A stretch of 64,000 nt of DNA from Burkholderiales bacterium (GTDB lineage: Bacteria > Pseudomonadota > Gammaproteobacteria > Burkholderiales > Burkholderiaceae_C): NCBI GenBank assembly GCA_038200275.1, contig JBBPYC010000025.1, positions 10,759-74,758 of the forward strand, written 5' to 3'. The position numbers were made by a program, and so were the translations under genes. This document shows, piece after piece, positions 29,420 to 38,295 of this stretch (its first letter is position 1; every line of letters starts with the position of its first letter). The notes under the pieces were generated by a model, which had not been told where the DNA came from, made no database searches, and saw nothing but the letters and a program-made list of their open reading frames with translations.

Positions 29420-30628
29420 ATGAGCAACACCCATCCAACCGACCCTGTCGTGATTGTCGGCGCCGCCCGCACGCCCATGGGCGGTTTTCAAGGCGACTTC
29501 GCCACGCTGGCTGCGCATGACCTGGGCGGCGCCGCGATCCGTGCCGCGCTGGAGCGCGCCGCCGAGGGCTCGAAGTTCAAGCCCGAGATGGTCACCGAAG
29601 TGCTGTTCGGCAACTGCCTGATGGCCGGGCAGGGCCAAGCGCCTGCAAGGCAAGCCGCATTCAAGGGCGGCCTGCCGAACAGCGCGGGCGCGGTCACGTT
29701 GTCGAAGATGTGCGGCTCCGGCATGCGCGCCGCGATGTTCGCGCACGACATGCTCAAAGCCGGCAGCCACGACGTGCTGGTCGCGGGTGGCATGGAGAGC
29801 ATGACGAACGCGCCGCACCTGCTGCCCAAGGGCCGCAGCGGCATCCGCATCGGCCATGACCGCGTGCTGGATCACATGATGCTCGACGGCCTGGAAGACG
29901 CTTACGAAGCGGGCCGATCGATGGGCACCTTCGGTGAAGACTGTGCGGCGAAGTACGACTTCACGCGTGCGCAGCAGGACCAGTTCGCGACCACCAGCGT
30001 GCGGCGCGCGCAAGAGGCCACCAAGTCCGGTGCGTTCGCCGACGAGATCACGCCTGTCATGGTCAAGACTCGTAAAGGCGACGTCGAAATCAAGATCGAC
30101 GAAGGCCCGGGCAAGATCAACGTTGACAAGATTCCGACGCTCAAACCTGCGTTCAAGAAAGACGGCACCGTCACAGCCGCCAGCAGCTCTTCGATCAACG
30201 ACGGTGCCGCTGCGCTTGTGATGATGTGTGCATCCACCGCGCAAGCCCTTGGCTGCAAACCGCTCGCACGCATCGTCGCGCACGCCACGCACGCGCAGGA
30301 ACCCGAATGGTTCGCCACGGCGCCGATCGGCGCGACAAGAAAACTGCTCGACAAAGCTGGCTGGAAGGTCGAAGACGTCGACCTCTGGGAGATCAATGAA
30401 GCGTTCGCCGTCGTGCCGATGGCGCTGATGACCGAACTGAAGCTGTCGCATGACATCGTCAATGTGAACGGCGGCGCCTGCGCCTTAGGTCATCCGATCG
30501 GCGCCAGCGGCGCGCGCATCATGGTCACATTGATTTATGCGTTGAAAAATCGCAGCTTGAAAAAAGGCGTGGCGACGTTGTGCATCGGCGGTGGGGAGGC
30601 GACTGCCATCGCGTTGGAATTACTATGA
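29420..30628 (+). CDS. acetyl-CoA C-acetyltransferase (thiolase II)
   Basis: The ATG at 29420 is preceded by AAGGAG (29403-29408). Thiolase signatures are present: VTLSKMCGSGMRA, NVNGGACALGHPIGASGAR, CIGGGEA. Confidence 0.92.
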   Translation: MSNTHPTDPVVIVGAARTPMGGFQGDFATLAAHDLGGAAIRAALERAAEGSKFKPEMVTEVLFGNCLMAGQGQAPARQAAFKGGLPNSAGAVTLSKMCGSGMRAAMFAHDMLKAGSHDVLVAGGMESMTNAPHLLPKGRSGIRIGHDRVLDHMMLDGLEDAYEAGRSMGTFGEDCAAKYDFTRAQQDQFATTSVRRAQEATKSGAFADEITPVMVKTRKGDVEIKIDEGPGKINVDKIPTLKPAFKKDGTVTAASSSSINDGAAALVMMCASTAQALGCKPLARIVAHATHAQEPEWFATAPIGATRKLLDKAGWKVEDVDLWEINEAFAVVPMALMTELKLSHDIVNVNGGACALGHPIGASGARIMVTLIYALKNRSLKKGVATLCIGGGEATAIALELL

Positions 30629-30681
30629 AAATAGTAGCTATCTGCGCAACAAACGTAAGCCCCTACAGCCGATTTGTCTTG
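30623..30681 (+). repeat. AT-rich intergenic element, copy 1
   Basis: CTATGAAAATAGTAG (30623-30637) and CGATTTGTCTTG (30670-30681) recur at 40828-40842 and 40856-40867. Confidence 0.5.
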
Positions 30682-30739
30682 AAAAATTAGCGTTTCCCAT
30701 GGTTCGACTCACCCTTTGTCCAATTCAGGAGCAACTCCT

Positions 30740-32002
30740 ATGAACACAACCAAGCCTTTCGTATGTCGCTCGATCGCCGCCGCTCTGTCGACGACGCTGC
30801 TCGCCGCCGTACCGGTGCATGCTCAGACGCGCGACGAAGCGCTGATGTCGGCCGCGACCGCTGAGAAGTCCGCCGTCATCGGCACGCTGGAAAAGCTCGT
30901 CAACATCGAAACCGGCACCGGCAACGCGGAGGGCCTTGCAGCCTATGCAACGCTGCTCGAAAGCGAGCTGCAAAAGCTCGACTTTCAGGTGACACGCCAC
31001 AAGGCCGCAGAAGGCAAGGTCGGTGACAACCTGGTGGGCACCCGCAAAGGCAAGGGCGGCAAGAACATCTTGCTGCAGTCCCACATGGACACCGTGTATT
31101 TGAAAGGCATCCTGGACAAGGCGCCGTTCAAGGTCGAAGGCGACAAGGCCTACGGCCCCGGCATTGCCGACGACAAGGGCGGCAACGCGGTCGTGCTGCA
31201 CGCGCTGAAGCTGCTGCGCGAGCGCGGCTTCGAGGACTACGGCACGATCACGGTGCTGTTCAACACGGACGAAGAAAAAGGCTCGTTTGGCTCGCGCGAT
31301 TTGATCCAGAGCGAGGCGGCAAAGGTCGACTACGTGCTGTCGTTCGAGCCCACCGCAGCAGGCGACGAGAAGTTCTCGATGGGCACGTCCGGCATCGCCT
31401 ACGTGCTGGCCGAAATCAAGGGCAAAGCGTCGCATGCGGGAGCTGCGCCTGAGAAAGGCGTGAACGCGTTGGTCGAAGCAGCCGATCTGGTGCTGCGCAC
31501 GCAGGACATCGACAACAAGGACAAGGGCCTGCGTTTCAACTGGACCATTGAGAAAGCCGGCAACGTCTCCAACATCATCCCGGCCGAAGCCACGATCAAC
31601 GGCGACATGCGCTATGCGCTGGTCGAAGACTTCAATGCAGCCGTCAAGACGCTGCAGGAAAAGGCGCAGCAAAAACGCTTGCCACAAGCGGAAGTCAAGA
31701 TCACCGTGACCAAAGGCCGGCCCGCATTCAACGCTGGCGAAGGTGGCAAGGCGCTGATCGACCAAGCCGTGGCGATCTACAAGGAAGCCGGCGGCAACGT
31801 GGGCGTCGAGCCCCGCACCGGCGGCGGCACCGATGCGGCCTATGCGGGCCTGACCAACAAGGCCGTGATCGAGAGCCTGGGCCTGCCGGGCTTTGGTTAT
31901 CACAGCGACAAGGCCGAGTATGTCGATCTCGAATCGATCCCGCGTCGGCTCTACATGGCGACCAAGCTCATCATGAACCTGGGCAGCGGCACCACGAAGT
32001 AA
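30740..32002 (+). CDS. cpg2: M20-family glutamate carboxypeptidase (carboxypeptidase G2-like), periplasmic
   Basis: The ATG at 30740 follows CAGGAG. A signal peptide is present. There are long identical runs with CPG2 as I remember it (LEKLVNIETGTG, SHMDTVYLKGIL, VEGDKAYGPGIADDKGGNAV, YGTITVLFNTDEEKGSFGSRDLIQ, ESLGLPGFGYHSDKAEYVD). Confidence 0.85.
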   Translation: MNTTKPFVCRSIAAALSTTLLAAVPVHAQTRDEALMSAATAEKSAVIGTLEKLVNIETGTGNAEGLAAYATLLESELQKLDFQVTRHKAAEGKVGDNLVGTRKGKGGKNILLQSHMDTVYLKGILDKAPFKVEGDKAYGPGIADDKGGNAVVLHALKLLRERGFEDYGTITVLFNTDEEKGSFGSRDLIQSEAAKVDYVLSFEPTAAGDEKFSMGTSGIAYVLAEIKGKASHAGAAPEKGVNALVEAADLVLRTQDIDNKDKGLRFNWTIEKAGNVSNIIPAEATINGDMRYALVEDFNAAVKTLQEKAQQKRLPQAEVKITVTKGRPAFNAGEGGKALIDQAVAIYKEAGGNVGVEPRTGGGTDAAYAGLTNKAVIESLGLPGFGYHSDKAEYVDLESIPRRLYMATKLIMNLGSGTTK

Positions 32003-32017
32003 GTCGCTGGCTTCACC

Positions 32018-33151
32018 ATGCTGCTCAACGCCGATCAGGAAGCCATCCGCGACGCGGTGCGCATATTCGCGCAAGAGCAGTTGTGGCCTAACGCGCCGCG
32101 GTGGGACCGCGAACACCGGTTTCCCAAAGAAGCGCTCAGAGGCCTGGCCGAACTTGGCGCTTACGGCATCTGCGTGCCGGAAGCATTCGGCGGCGCCGGG
32201 CTTGACTACCTGAGTTTGTCGCTTGTGCTGGAAGAAATCGCAGCCGGCGACGGCGGCACCAGCACGGTCATCAGCGTTACCAACTGTCCGGTGAATGCGA
32301 TTTTGATGAAGCACGCGAGTGCAGCTCAGAAAGACAAGTGGCTGACCCCGCTCGCGCAAGGCTTGATGCTCGGCGCGTTCTGCCTGACCGAGCCGCACGT
32401 CGGCAGCGATGCCTCCGGGTTGCGCACAACCGCCGCGCGCGACGGCGACTGCTATGTGATCAACGGCGTCAAGCAGTTCATCACGAGCGGCAAGAACGGC
32501 GACGTGGCCATCGTGATTGCGGTGACCGACAAGGGCGCGGGCAAGAAAGGCATGAGCGCGTTCCTGGTGCCGACCGATGCGCCCGGTTATGTCGTGGCGC
32601 GGGTGGAGACCAAGCTCGGCCAGCATTCGAGCGACACCGTGCAGATCAATTTCGACAATTGCCGCGTGCCGGTGGACAACCTGCTGGGTGCGGAAGGTGA
32701 CGGTTACCGGATTGCGCTCGGCGGCCTGGAAGGCGGTCGCATCGGCATCGCGTCGCAGAGCGTGGGTATGGCGCGCAGCGCGCTTGAAGTCGCGATCAAC
32801 TATGCGAAGGATCGCACCAGCTTCGGCCAGGCAATCTTTCAGCATCAGGCGGTGGGTTTTCGGCTGGCCGAATGCGCTACAAAAATAGAAGCGGCTCGTC
32901 AGCTGATCTGGCACGCCGCATCGTTGCGCGACGCCGGCCTGCCGTGCTTGAAGGAGGCCGCGATGGCCAAGCTGTTCGCGAGCGAGATGGCAGAGCAGGT
33001 CTGCAGTGCCGCGATCCAGACCCTCGGCGGCTACGGTTATCTGGCCGACTTCCCGTTGGAGCGCATATACCGCGATGTGCGCGTCTGCCAGATCTATGAA
33101 GGCACATCGGATGTGCAAAAAATCATCATTCAGCGCGCACTGGGCGCTTGA
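32018..33151 (+). CDS. acyl-CoA dehydrogenase (short/branched-chain type)
   Basis: 377-aa ORF with ACAD signatures (CLTEPHVGSDASGL, QIYEGTSDVQKIIIQRAL). Confidence 0.9.
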   Translation: MLLNADQEAIRDAVRIFAQEQLWPNAPRWDREHRFPKEALRGLAELGAYGICVPEAFGGAGLDYLSLSLVLEEIAAGDGGTSTVISVTNCPVNAILMKHASAAQKDKWLTPLAQGLMLGAFCLTEPHVGSDASGLRTTAARDGDCYVINGVKQFITSGKNGDVAIVIAVTDKGAGKKGMSAFLVPTDAPGYVVARVETKLGQHSSDTVQINFDNCRVPVDNLLGAEGDGYRIALGGLEGGRIGIASQSVGMARSALEVAINYAKDRTSFGQAIFQHQAVGFRLAECATKIEAARQLIWHAASLRDAGLPCLKEAAMAKLFASEMAEQVCSAAIQTLGGYGYLADFPLERIYRDVRVCQIYEGTSDVQKIIIQRALGA

Positions 33152-33251
33152 CGCGGGCTTCAGAGGCCTTCTTCCAACCTGGAAATCCATGTTGGGCTGT
33201 TCTAATCGGGTTGGCAGTCCGAATGCCTCACACGCTTAGAAACTGGAACCT

Positions 33252-36200
33252 TTGTTGTCCGCGTCGCCTACCGATACCGCCGAGGCCGAGCGGCTGCGCG
33301 CGCTGAGCGCACTGCAGGTGCTTGACTCGCCGCCCGAGCATATGTTCGATGCACTGGTGCAGACGGCGGCAACGATCTGCGCCGCACCGATCGCGCTACT
33401 TACCTTGGTGGATGCCGACCGTCAGTGGTTCAAGGCCAGCGCCGGTTGGCCGCTGGCAGCTGAGACACCACGCAAGATTTCGTTTTGCACGCACACGATC
33501 GAGCATGCCGGCGATCTGCTCGAAGTGCCGGATACTTGGCTCGATCCGCGTTTTTCCGACAACCCGCTCGTAGTCGGCGAACTGGACGTGCGTTTTTATG
33601 CTGGCGCGGTGCTGCAGCTCGACAACGGCCAGCGCATCGGCACGCTCTGCCTGCTCGACCGGCGGGTGCGTCAGCTTGATCCGGCGCAGCGCCAGGCGCT
33701 GCGGCTGCTGGCTGACATCGCGGCGCAGGCGCTGCAAGACCGCAGTACGAATGCGGTATCGGCTGCTAGTCGGGTACGCTTTCAGGCCATGCTTGACGGC
33801 TTTCCGCTGGGTGTGTTCGAAGCCGACGGCGAAGGCATATGTCGCTATGTGAACGACCGTTGTATCGCGTTACTTGGCGGCACGCGGCAGCAGCGCGTCG
33901 GAGCCCACTGGACCGATGGGCTGCACGAGGGCGACCAAGCCAGAGTGCTGACCGAGTGGCAGCGCAGCACACGTGCCAGCGGCGAGTTCGACGGGCAGTT
34001 TCGCGTGAATGGCTCCTCGGGCTTGCGACACTTGCGGGCGCGTGGTGCCCTTCTGCATGACGTGCAGGGTCGTCCGGACGGCTACGTCGGTTCGGTCCAG
34101 GACGTGACCGAGCGCGTACAGGTGGTGCAGGAGCTTGCGGCCGAACGGCAGCGGCTTGCCTACATCATCGAAGGCGCTGCGACCGGTACCTGGGAAATCA
34201 ACGTGCAGACCGATGCGGTTCGCTGTAACGAGCAGTGGGCTGCGATGATTGGCCTCACCTTGGCAGAACTCGGTCCCCCGACACTGCAGACCTGGGTCGA
34301 CTACACCCATCCGGATGACGTGGCGCGCGCACGTGCGGAGTTGGTACGGCATTTCAGGGGCGAGAGCGAGCGTTTTGAATGCGGATTCCGCATGCGCCAT
34401 CGTGACGGTCAATGGGTCAGCGTGCTGAGCCGCGGCCGTGTGCTGACGCGCACATCGGACGGCAAGGCCGAATGGATGTTCGGCACCCACGTCGACGTCA
34501 CACAGTTGCGGCAGCAGCAGGACGCGCTCGTCAAGAGCGAGGCACTGCTCAATCGCGCCAGTGATGCAGCGGGGATCGGCGTCTGGGAGCTTGATCTGAT
34601 CACCAGCCGGGTGACCTGGTCCAAGCAGGCGCGCCGGATCCATGGGGTGTCCGAGTCATACGAGCCAACCATGCTGGAGGGAATCGACTACTACGAGCCG
34701 GATGCCCGGCCCGTGGTACAGGCTGCGATAGAGCAAGCCATTGCGTCGGGTGAGAGCTGTGACTTCGAACTTCCGTTCATCCAGGCTGGCGGCCAGCGCA
34801 TCTACGTGCGCGTGATCGGCAGGGTCGAATACAACGCGGACGGCAAGGCGGCACGGCTACTTGGCACGATCCAGGACGTGACGCGGCTGCACCGGCTCGG
34901 CGCAGAGCTGGCCGAGCAGCACGAGCTGATGCGGGTCACGCTGAAATCGATCGGCGACGCCGTCATCACTACCGACAGGTCCGGTTGCGTGAGCTGGCTG
35001 AATCCGGTGGCCGAGCGTCTGACCGGCTGGCCCGCAACGGACGCAGTTGGCCGCCCGGCCATGCAGGTGCTGCAGATCGTTGACGGTGAGACGCGGCTGC
35101 CGGCGCTGGATCCGATCGCGCGCTGCCTGGAGCAAGGCGTCGTCACCGGCTTGGCCAGCCATACCGTGCTGCTGTCGCGCGACGGCCAGGAGTTCGGTAT
35201 CGAGGACTCGGCCGCTCCGATTCGTAACGAGCAAGGCGAACTGATGGGCGTCGTGCTGGTGTTTCGCGACGTCACCGAGCAACGCCGCATGAATGGCGAG
35301 ATGAATTACCGCGCCACGCATGACGCGTTGACCGGGCTGGTGAATCGGGTCGAGTTCGAAGCGCGCCTGCACCGCGTGCTGGACAACTCCTTGAGCGAGC
35401 GACCCGACGCGCATTCGCTGCTGTTCATCGATCTGGACCAGTTCAAGATCGTGAACGACGCCTGTGGGCATTCGGTCGGTGATCAATTGCTGCAGCAGGT
35501 CAGTGCGCTGCTGCGTGAGACGGTGCGCGCCAGCGACACGCTCGCGCGGCTCGGCGGCGACGAGTTCGGTGTGATTTTGGAGGACTGCGCACCGGAGCAG
35601 GCGCAGCGTGTCGCACAGCAAATCTGCGAGCGCATGAACGACTTCCGCTTCGCGCATGAGGGGCGGCGTTTTCGGATCGGCACGAGCATCGGCCTGGTGC
35701 CGCTGGATGCCCGGTTGGGCACCACTGCAGCCATCATGCAGGCGGCCGACAGCGCTTGCTATGCGGCCAAGGAAGCCGGGCGCAACCGGGTCCATGCCTG
35801 GCTCGATACCGACCATGCGATCCGCGCACGCAGCGGTGACATGCAGTGGGCCACGCGGCTGGAACAGGCGCTCGATGAAGATCATTTCGTGCTTTTTGCG
35901 CAGCGTATCGAAGCGCTCACCGACAAGAATTCAGGCGATGCGCTGCACTTTGAAGTGCTGCTGCGGCTGGTCCAGGGCGACGGCGAACTGGTGCTGCCCG
36001 GCGCGTTCCTGCCGGCGGCCGAACGCTTCCACTTGGCTTCCCGCATTGATCGCTGGGTGCTGCGCAATGCGATCGCCGAGCTTGCCGCGCTGCCGGACCT
36101 GGAGCGCATCGGCACGATCTCGATCAACCTGTCCGGCCAGTCGGTCGGCGACCGGGCCTTTCACGGCCATGCGATCGAGGCGTTGATGCAGGCGGGTTCG

Positions 36201-36614
36201 CGCTTGCGCGAGCGGATCTGTCTGGAAATCACCGAGACCGCCGCTGTGACCAACATGATCGACGCAATGCTGTTCATCGAGCAGGCGCGTGCGTTGGGCG
36301 TGCGCATCGCGCTCGACGACTTCGGCGCAGGCGCGTCGTCGTTCAGCTATCTGAAGAACCTGACCGTGGACTTGCTCAAGATCGACGGCCAGTACATCCA
36401 GAATCTGCTCGACAACGGGCTGGACGACGCGGCCGTGCGTTGCTTTGTCGATGTGGCGCGCGTGCTGGGTGTGCCCACCGTAGCCGAGTTCGTTGACCGG
36501 CCCGAACTGCTGCAACGCGTGCGCGAGATCGGCATCGACTATGCGCAAGGCTTCTTGCTGCATCGCCCGGAACCGCTGCGCAACTTGGCGATGCGGCAAC
36601 CGGTGGGTGGTTGA
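33252..36614 (+). CDS. GAF-PAS(x3-4)-GGDEF-EAL cyclic-di-GMP signalling protein
   Basis: 1120-aa ORF with an N-terminal GAF domain (ERLRALSALQVLDSPPEHMFD), repeated PAS/PAC blocks, a GGDEF site (RLGGDEFGVIL) and an EAL domain (FEVLLRL...DDFGAG...KIDG). The TTG start is uncertain. Confidence 0.92.
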   Translation: MLSASPTDTAEAERLRALSALQVLDSPPEHMFDALVQTAATICAAPIALLTLVDADRQWFKASAGWPLAAETPRKISFCTHTIEHAGDLLEVPDTWLDPRFSDNPLVVGELDVRFYAGAVLQLDNGQRIGTLCLLDRRVRQLDPAQRQALRLLADIAAQALQDRSTNAVSAASRVRFQAMLDGFPLGVFEADGEGICRYVNDRCIALLGGTRQQRVGAHWTDGLHEGDQARVLTEWQRSTRASGEFDGQFRVNGSSGLRHLRARGALLHDVQGRPDGYVGSVQDVTERVQVVQELAAERQRLAYIIEGAATGTWEINVQTDAVRCNEQWAAMIGLTLAELGPPTLQTWVDYTHPDDVARARAELVRHFRGESERFECGFRMRHRDGQWVSVLSRGRVLTRTSDGKAEWMFGTHVDVTQLRQQQDALVKSEALLNRASDAAGIGVWELDLITSRVTWSKQARRIHGVSESYEPTMLEGIDYYEPDARPVVQAAIEQAIASGESCDFELPFIQAGGQRIYVRVIGRVEYNADGKAARLLGTIQDVTRLHRLGAELAEQHELMRVTLKSIGDAVITTDRSGCVSWLNPVAERLTGWPATDAVGRPAMQVLQIVDGETRLPALDPIARCLEQGVVTGLASHTVLLSRDGQEFGIEDSAAPIRNEQGELMGVVLVFRDVTEQRRMNGEMNYRATHDALTGLVNRVEFEARLHRVLDNSLSERPDAHSLLFIDLDQFKIVNDACGHSVGDQLLQQVSALLRETVRASDTLARLGGDEFGVILEDCAPEQAQRVAQQICERMNDFRFAHEGRRFRIGTSIGLVPLDARLGTTAAIMQAADSACYAAKEAGRNRVHAWLDTDHAIRARSGDMQWATRLEQALDEDHFVLFAQRIEALTDKNSGDALHFEVLLRLVQGDGELVLPGAFLPAAERFHLASRIDRWVLRNAIAELAALPDLERIGTISINLSGQSVGDRAFHGHAIEALMQAGSRLRERICLEITETAAVTNMIDAMLFIEQARALGVRIALDDFGAGASSFSYLKNLTVDLLKIDGQYIQNLLDNGLDDAAVRCFVDVARVLGVPTVAEFVDRPELLQRVREIGIDYAQGFLLHRPEPLRNLAMRQPVGG

Positions 36615-36735
36615 AACCGATCGTCAGCCGGCGGTAAAGCCTGTCGTCTGACGCGGACCCACAGGCGTTGTTCGCGTTTGCGGGCCGGTTGCAGTGGGTC
36701 CCATGAGTCATCCCCGCCGTGTCTTGCGCGTTTTC

Positions 36736-38250
36736 ATGAGCTGCCCAATGAACGTTTTTGCCGAACATTCATGCCGCGCGCTGGTAGCCGCTGTGGCCCT
36801 GCTGGCGACTGGCTGCAGCGCGGTGTCTGCGAAACCGGCATCCCCGCCTGCGCGCTGGTCAGGCGTTGCCGCATCGCCTGCACCCGCTGCCGCAGTGCCC
36901 AGCGGTGCACGGCCCCATGTCCCGGACAGCGCGTTGCCAGCCACCGCCCGGGCCCAGATCGACGCAATGACGATCACGCGCGTGCCGATGCTCGATCTGG
37001 TGCGCGAGATGGCCCAGCTACGCAAGGGCGCCAACGACTTGCCGAACGACAGCGACGCGAAGCAGGCCGCGCGCAAGGCCTACCAACAGGCCATGAACCA
37101 GCTCGAACAAGAGGGCGCCACCCGCCACCTGCTGCGTGCGCTGTATTCGCCGAATCGGCTGCAGCAGCAGATGACCTGGTTTTGGCTGAACCACTTCAGC
37201 GTGCACGACCGCAAAGCCGATCTGCGCGCGATGGTTGGCGACTATGAGGACAGCGCGTTGCGGCCGCACGCGCTGGGCCGCTTCCGCGATCTGCTCGGCG
37301 CGGTCGCGCACCATCCGGCCATGCTGCGTTACCTGGACAACGCGCAGAACGTCGCGAACAAGATCAACGAGAACTACGCGCGCGAACTGATGGAGCTGCA
37401 CACGCTGGGCGTGGATGCAGGCTACAGCCAGCGCGACGTGCAGGAACTGGCACGCGTGCTGACCGGCGTCGGTATCGCGCGCGACGGTGCCGAACCCAAA
37501 CTGCCACCGAACTTGCGGCCGTACCACGTGCAACGTGGCCTGTTCGCATTCGACCCGCGCCGGCACGACTTCGGCGCCAAACAGTTCCTCGGTGAGCCGA
37601 TTCGCGCGCAAGGTCTGGCCGAGCTCGACGAGGCACTGGACCGGCTGGCGCGGCGCCCCGCCACCGCGCGTTTCATCAGCAAAAAACTCGCGGTCTGGTG
37701 GCTGGCCGACGAGCCGCCTGCATCGCTGATTGACCGCATGGCGCAGACCTTTCAGCGCACGGACGGCGACATCGCGCAAGTCCTGCAGACGATGTTCGGC
37801 GCGCCCGAATATCACGCCGCGGCTGGCAACAAGTTCAAGGATCCGATGCGCTATGTCACCTCGGCTCTGCAGCTCATGCAGGGCGACCCGGTGATCGTGA
37901 ACATGACGCCGGTGCTGAACGCGTTGAACCGCATGGGCGAGCCGCTCTACGGCCGGCAGACGCCCGACGGCTATCCGATCGACGGTGCGTCCTGGGCCAG
38001 CGCGGGGCAGATGGCGACACGGTTCGAGATCGCCAAGGCGATCGGCACCGGCCAGATGCCGTTGTTCGATGCGCAGGGCACGCCGCCGCAGGATCGACAC
38101 CGCGTGGTGCCCAACATCGATGACGCCAGGTTCCAACGCGACATCGCGCCGAAGCTGAGCGCCGCAACCCGCGCTGCGCTGGCTCAGGCCAAAGGGCCGC
38201 AGGAATGGAACACGTTCCTGCTGTCGTCGCCTGAGTTCATGAAGCAGTAA
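36736..38250 (+). CDS. DUF1800 domain-containing protein
   Basis: ORF 36694..38250. It has a lipoprotein-like N-terminus (LLATGCSA) and DUF1800-like strings (WFWLNHFSV, MLRYLDN, NENYARELMELHTLGV). The start is 36736 or 36748. Confidence 0.75.
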   Translation: MSCPMNVFAEHSCRALVAAVALLATGCSAVSAKPASPPARWSGVAASPAPAAAVPSGARPHVPDSALPATARAQIDAMTITRVPMLDLVREMAQLRKGANDLPNDSDAKQAARKAYQQAMNQLEQEGATRHLLRALYSPNRLQQQMTWFWLNHFSVHDRKADLRAMVGDYEDSALRPHALGRFRDLLGAVAHHPAMLRYLDNAQNVANKINENYARELMELHTLGVDAGYSQRDVQELARVLTGVGIARDGAEPKLPPNLRPYHVQRGLFAFDPRRHDFGAKQFLGEPIRAQGLAELDEALDRLARRPATARFISKKLAVWWLADEPPASLIDRMAQTFQRTDGDIAQVLQTMFGAPEYHAAAGNKFKDPMRYVTSALQLMQGDPVIVNMTPVLNALNRMGEPLYGRQTPDGYPIDGASWASAGQMATRFEIAKAIGTGQMPLFDAQGTPPQDRHRVVPNIDDARFQRDIAPKLSAATRAALAQAKGPQEWNTFLLSSPEFMKQ

Positions 38251-38295
38251 TTGGTGCTGGCGGCGACTGCTCACATTCTTTTATCGGATTTCCAG

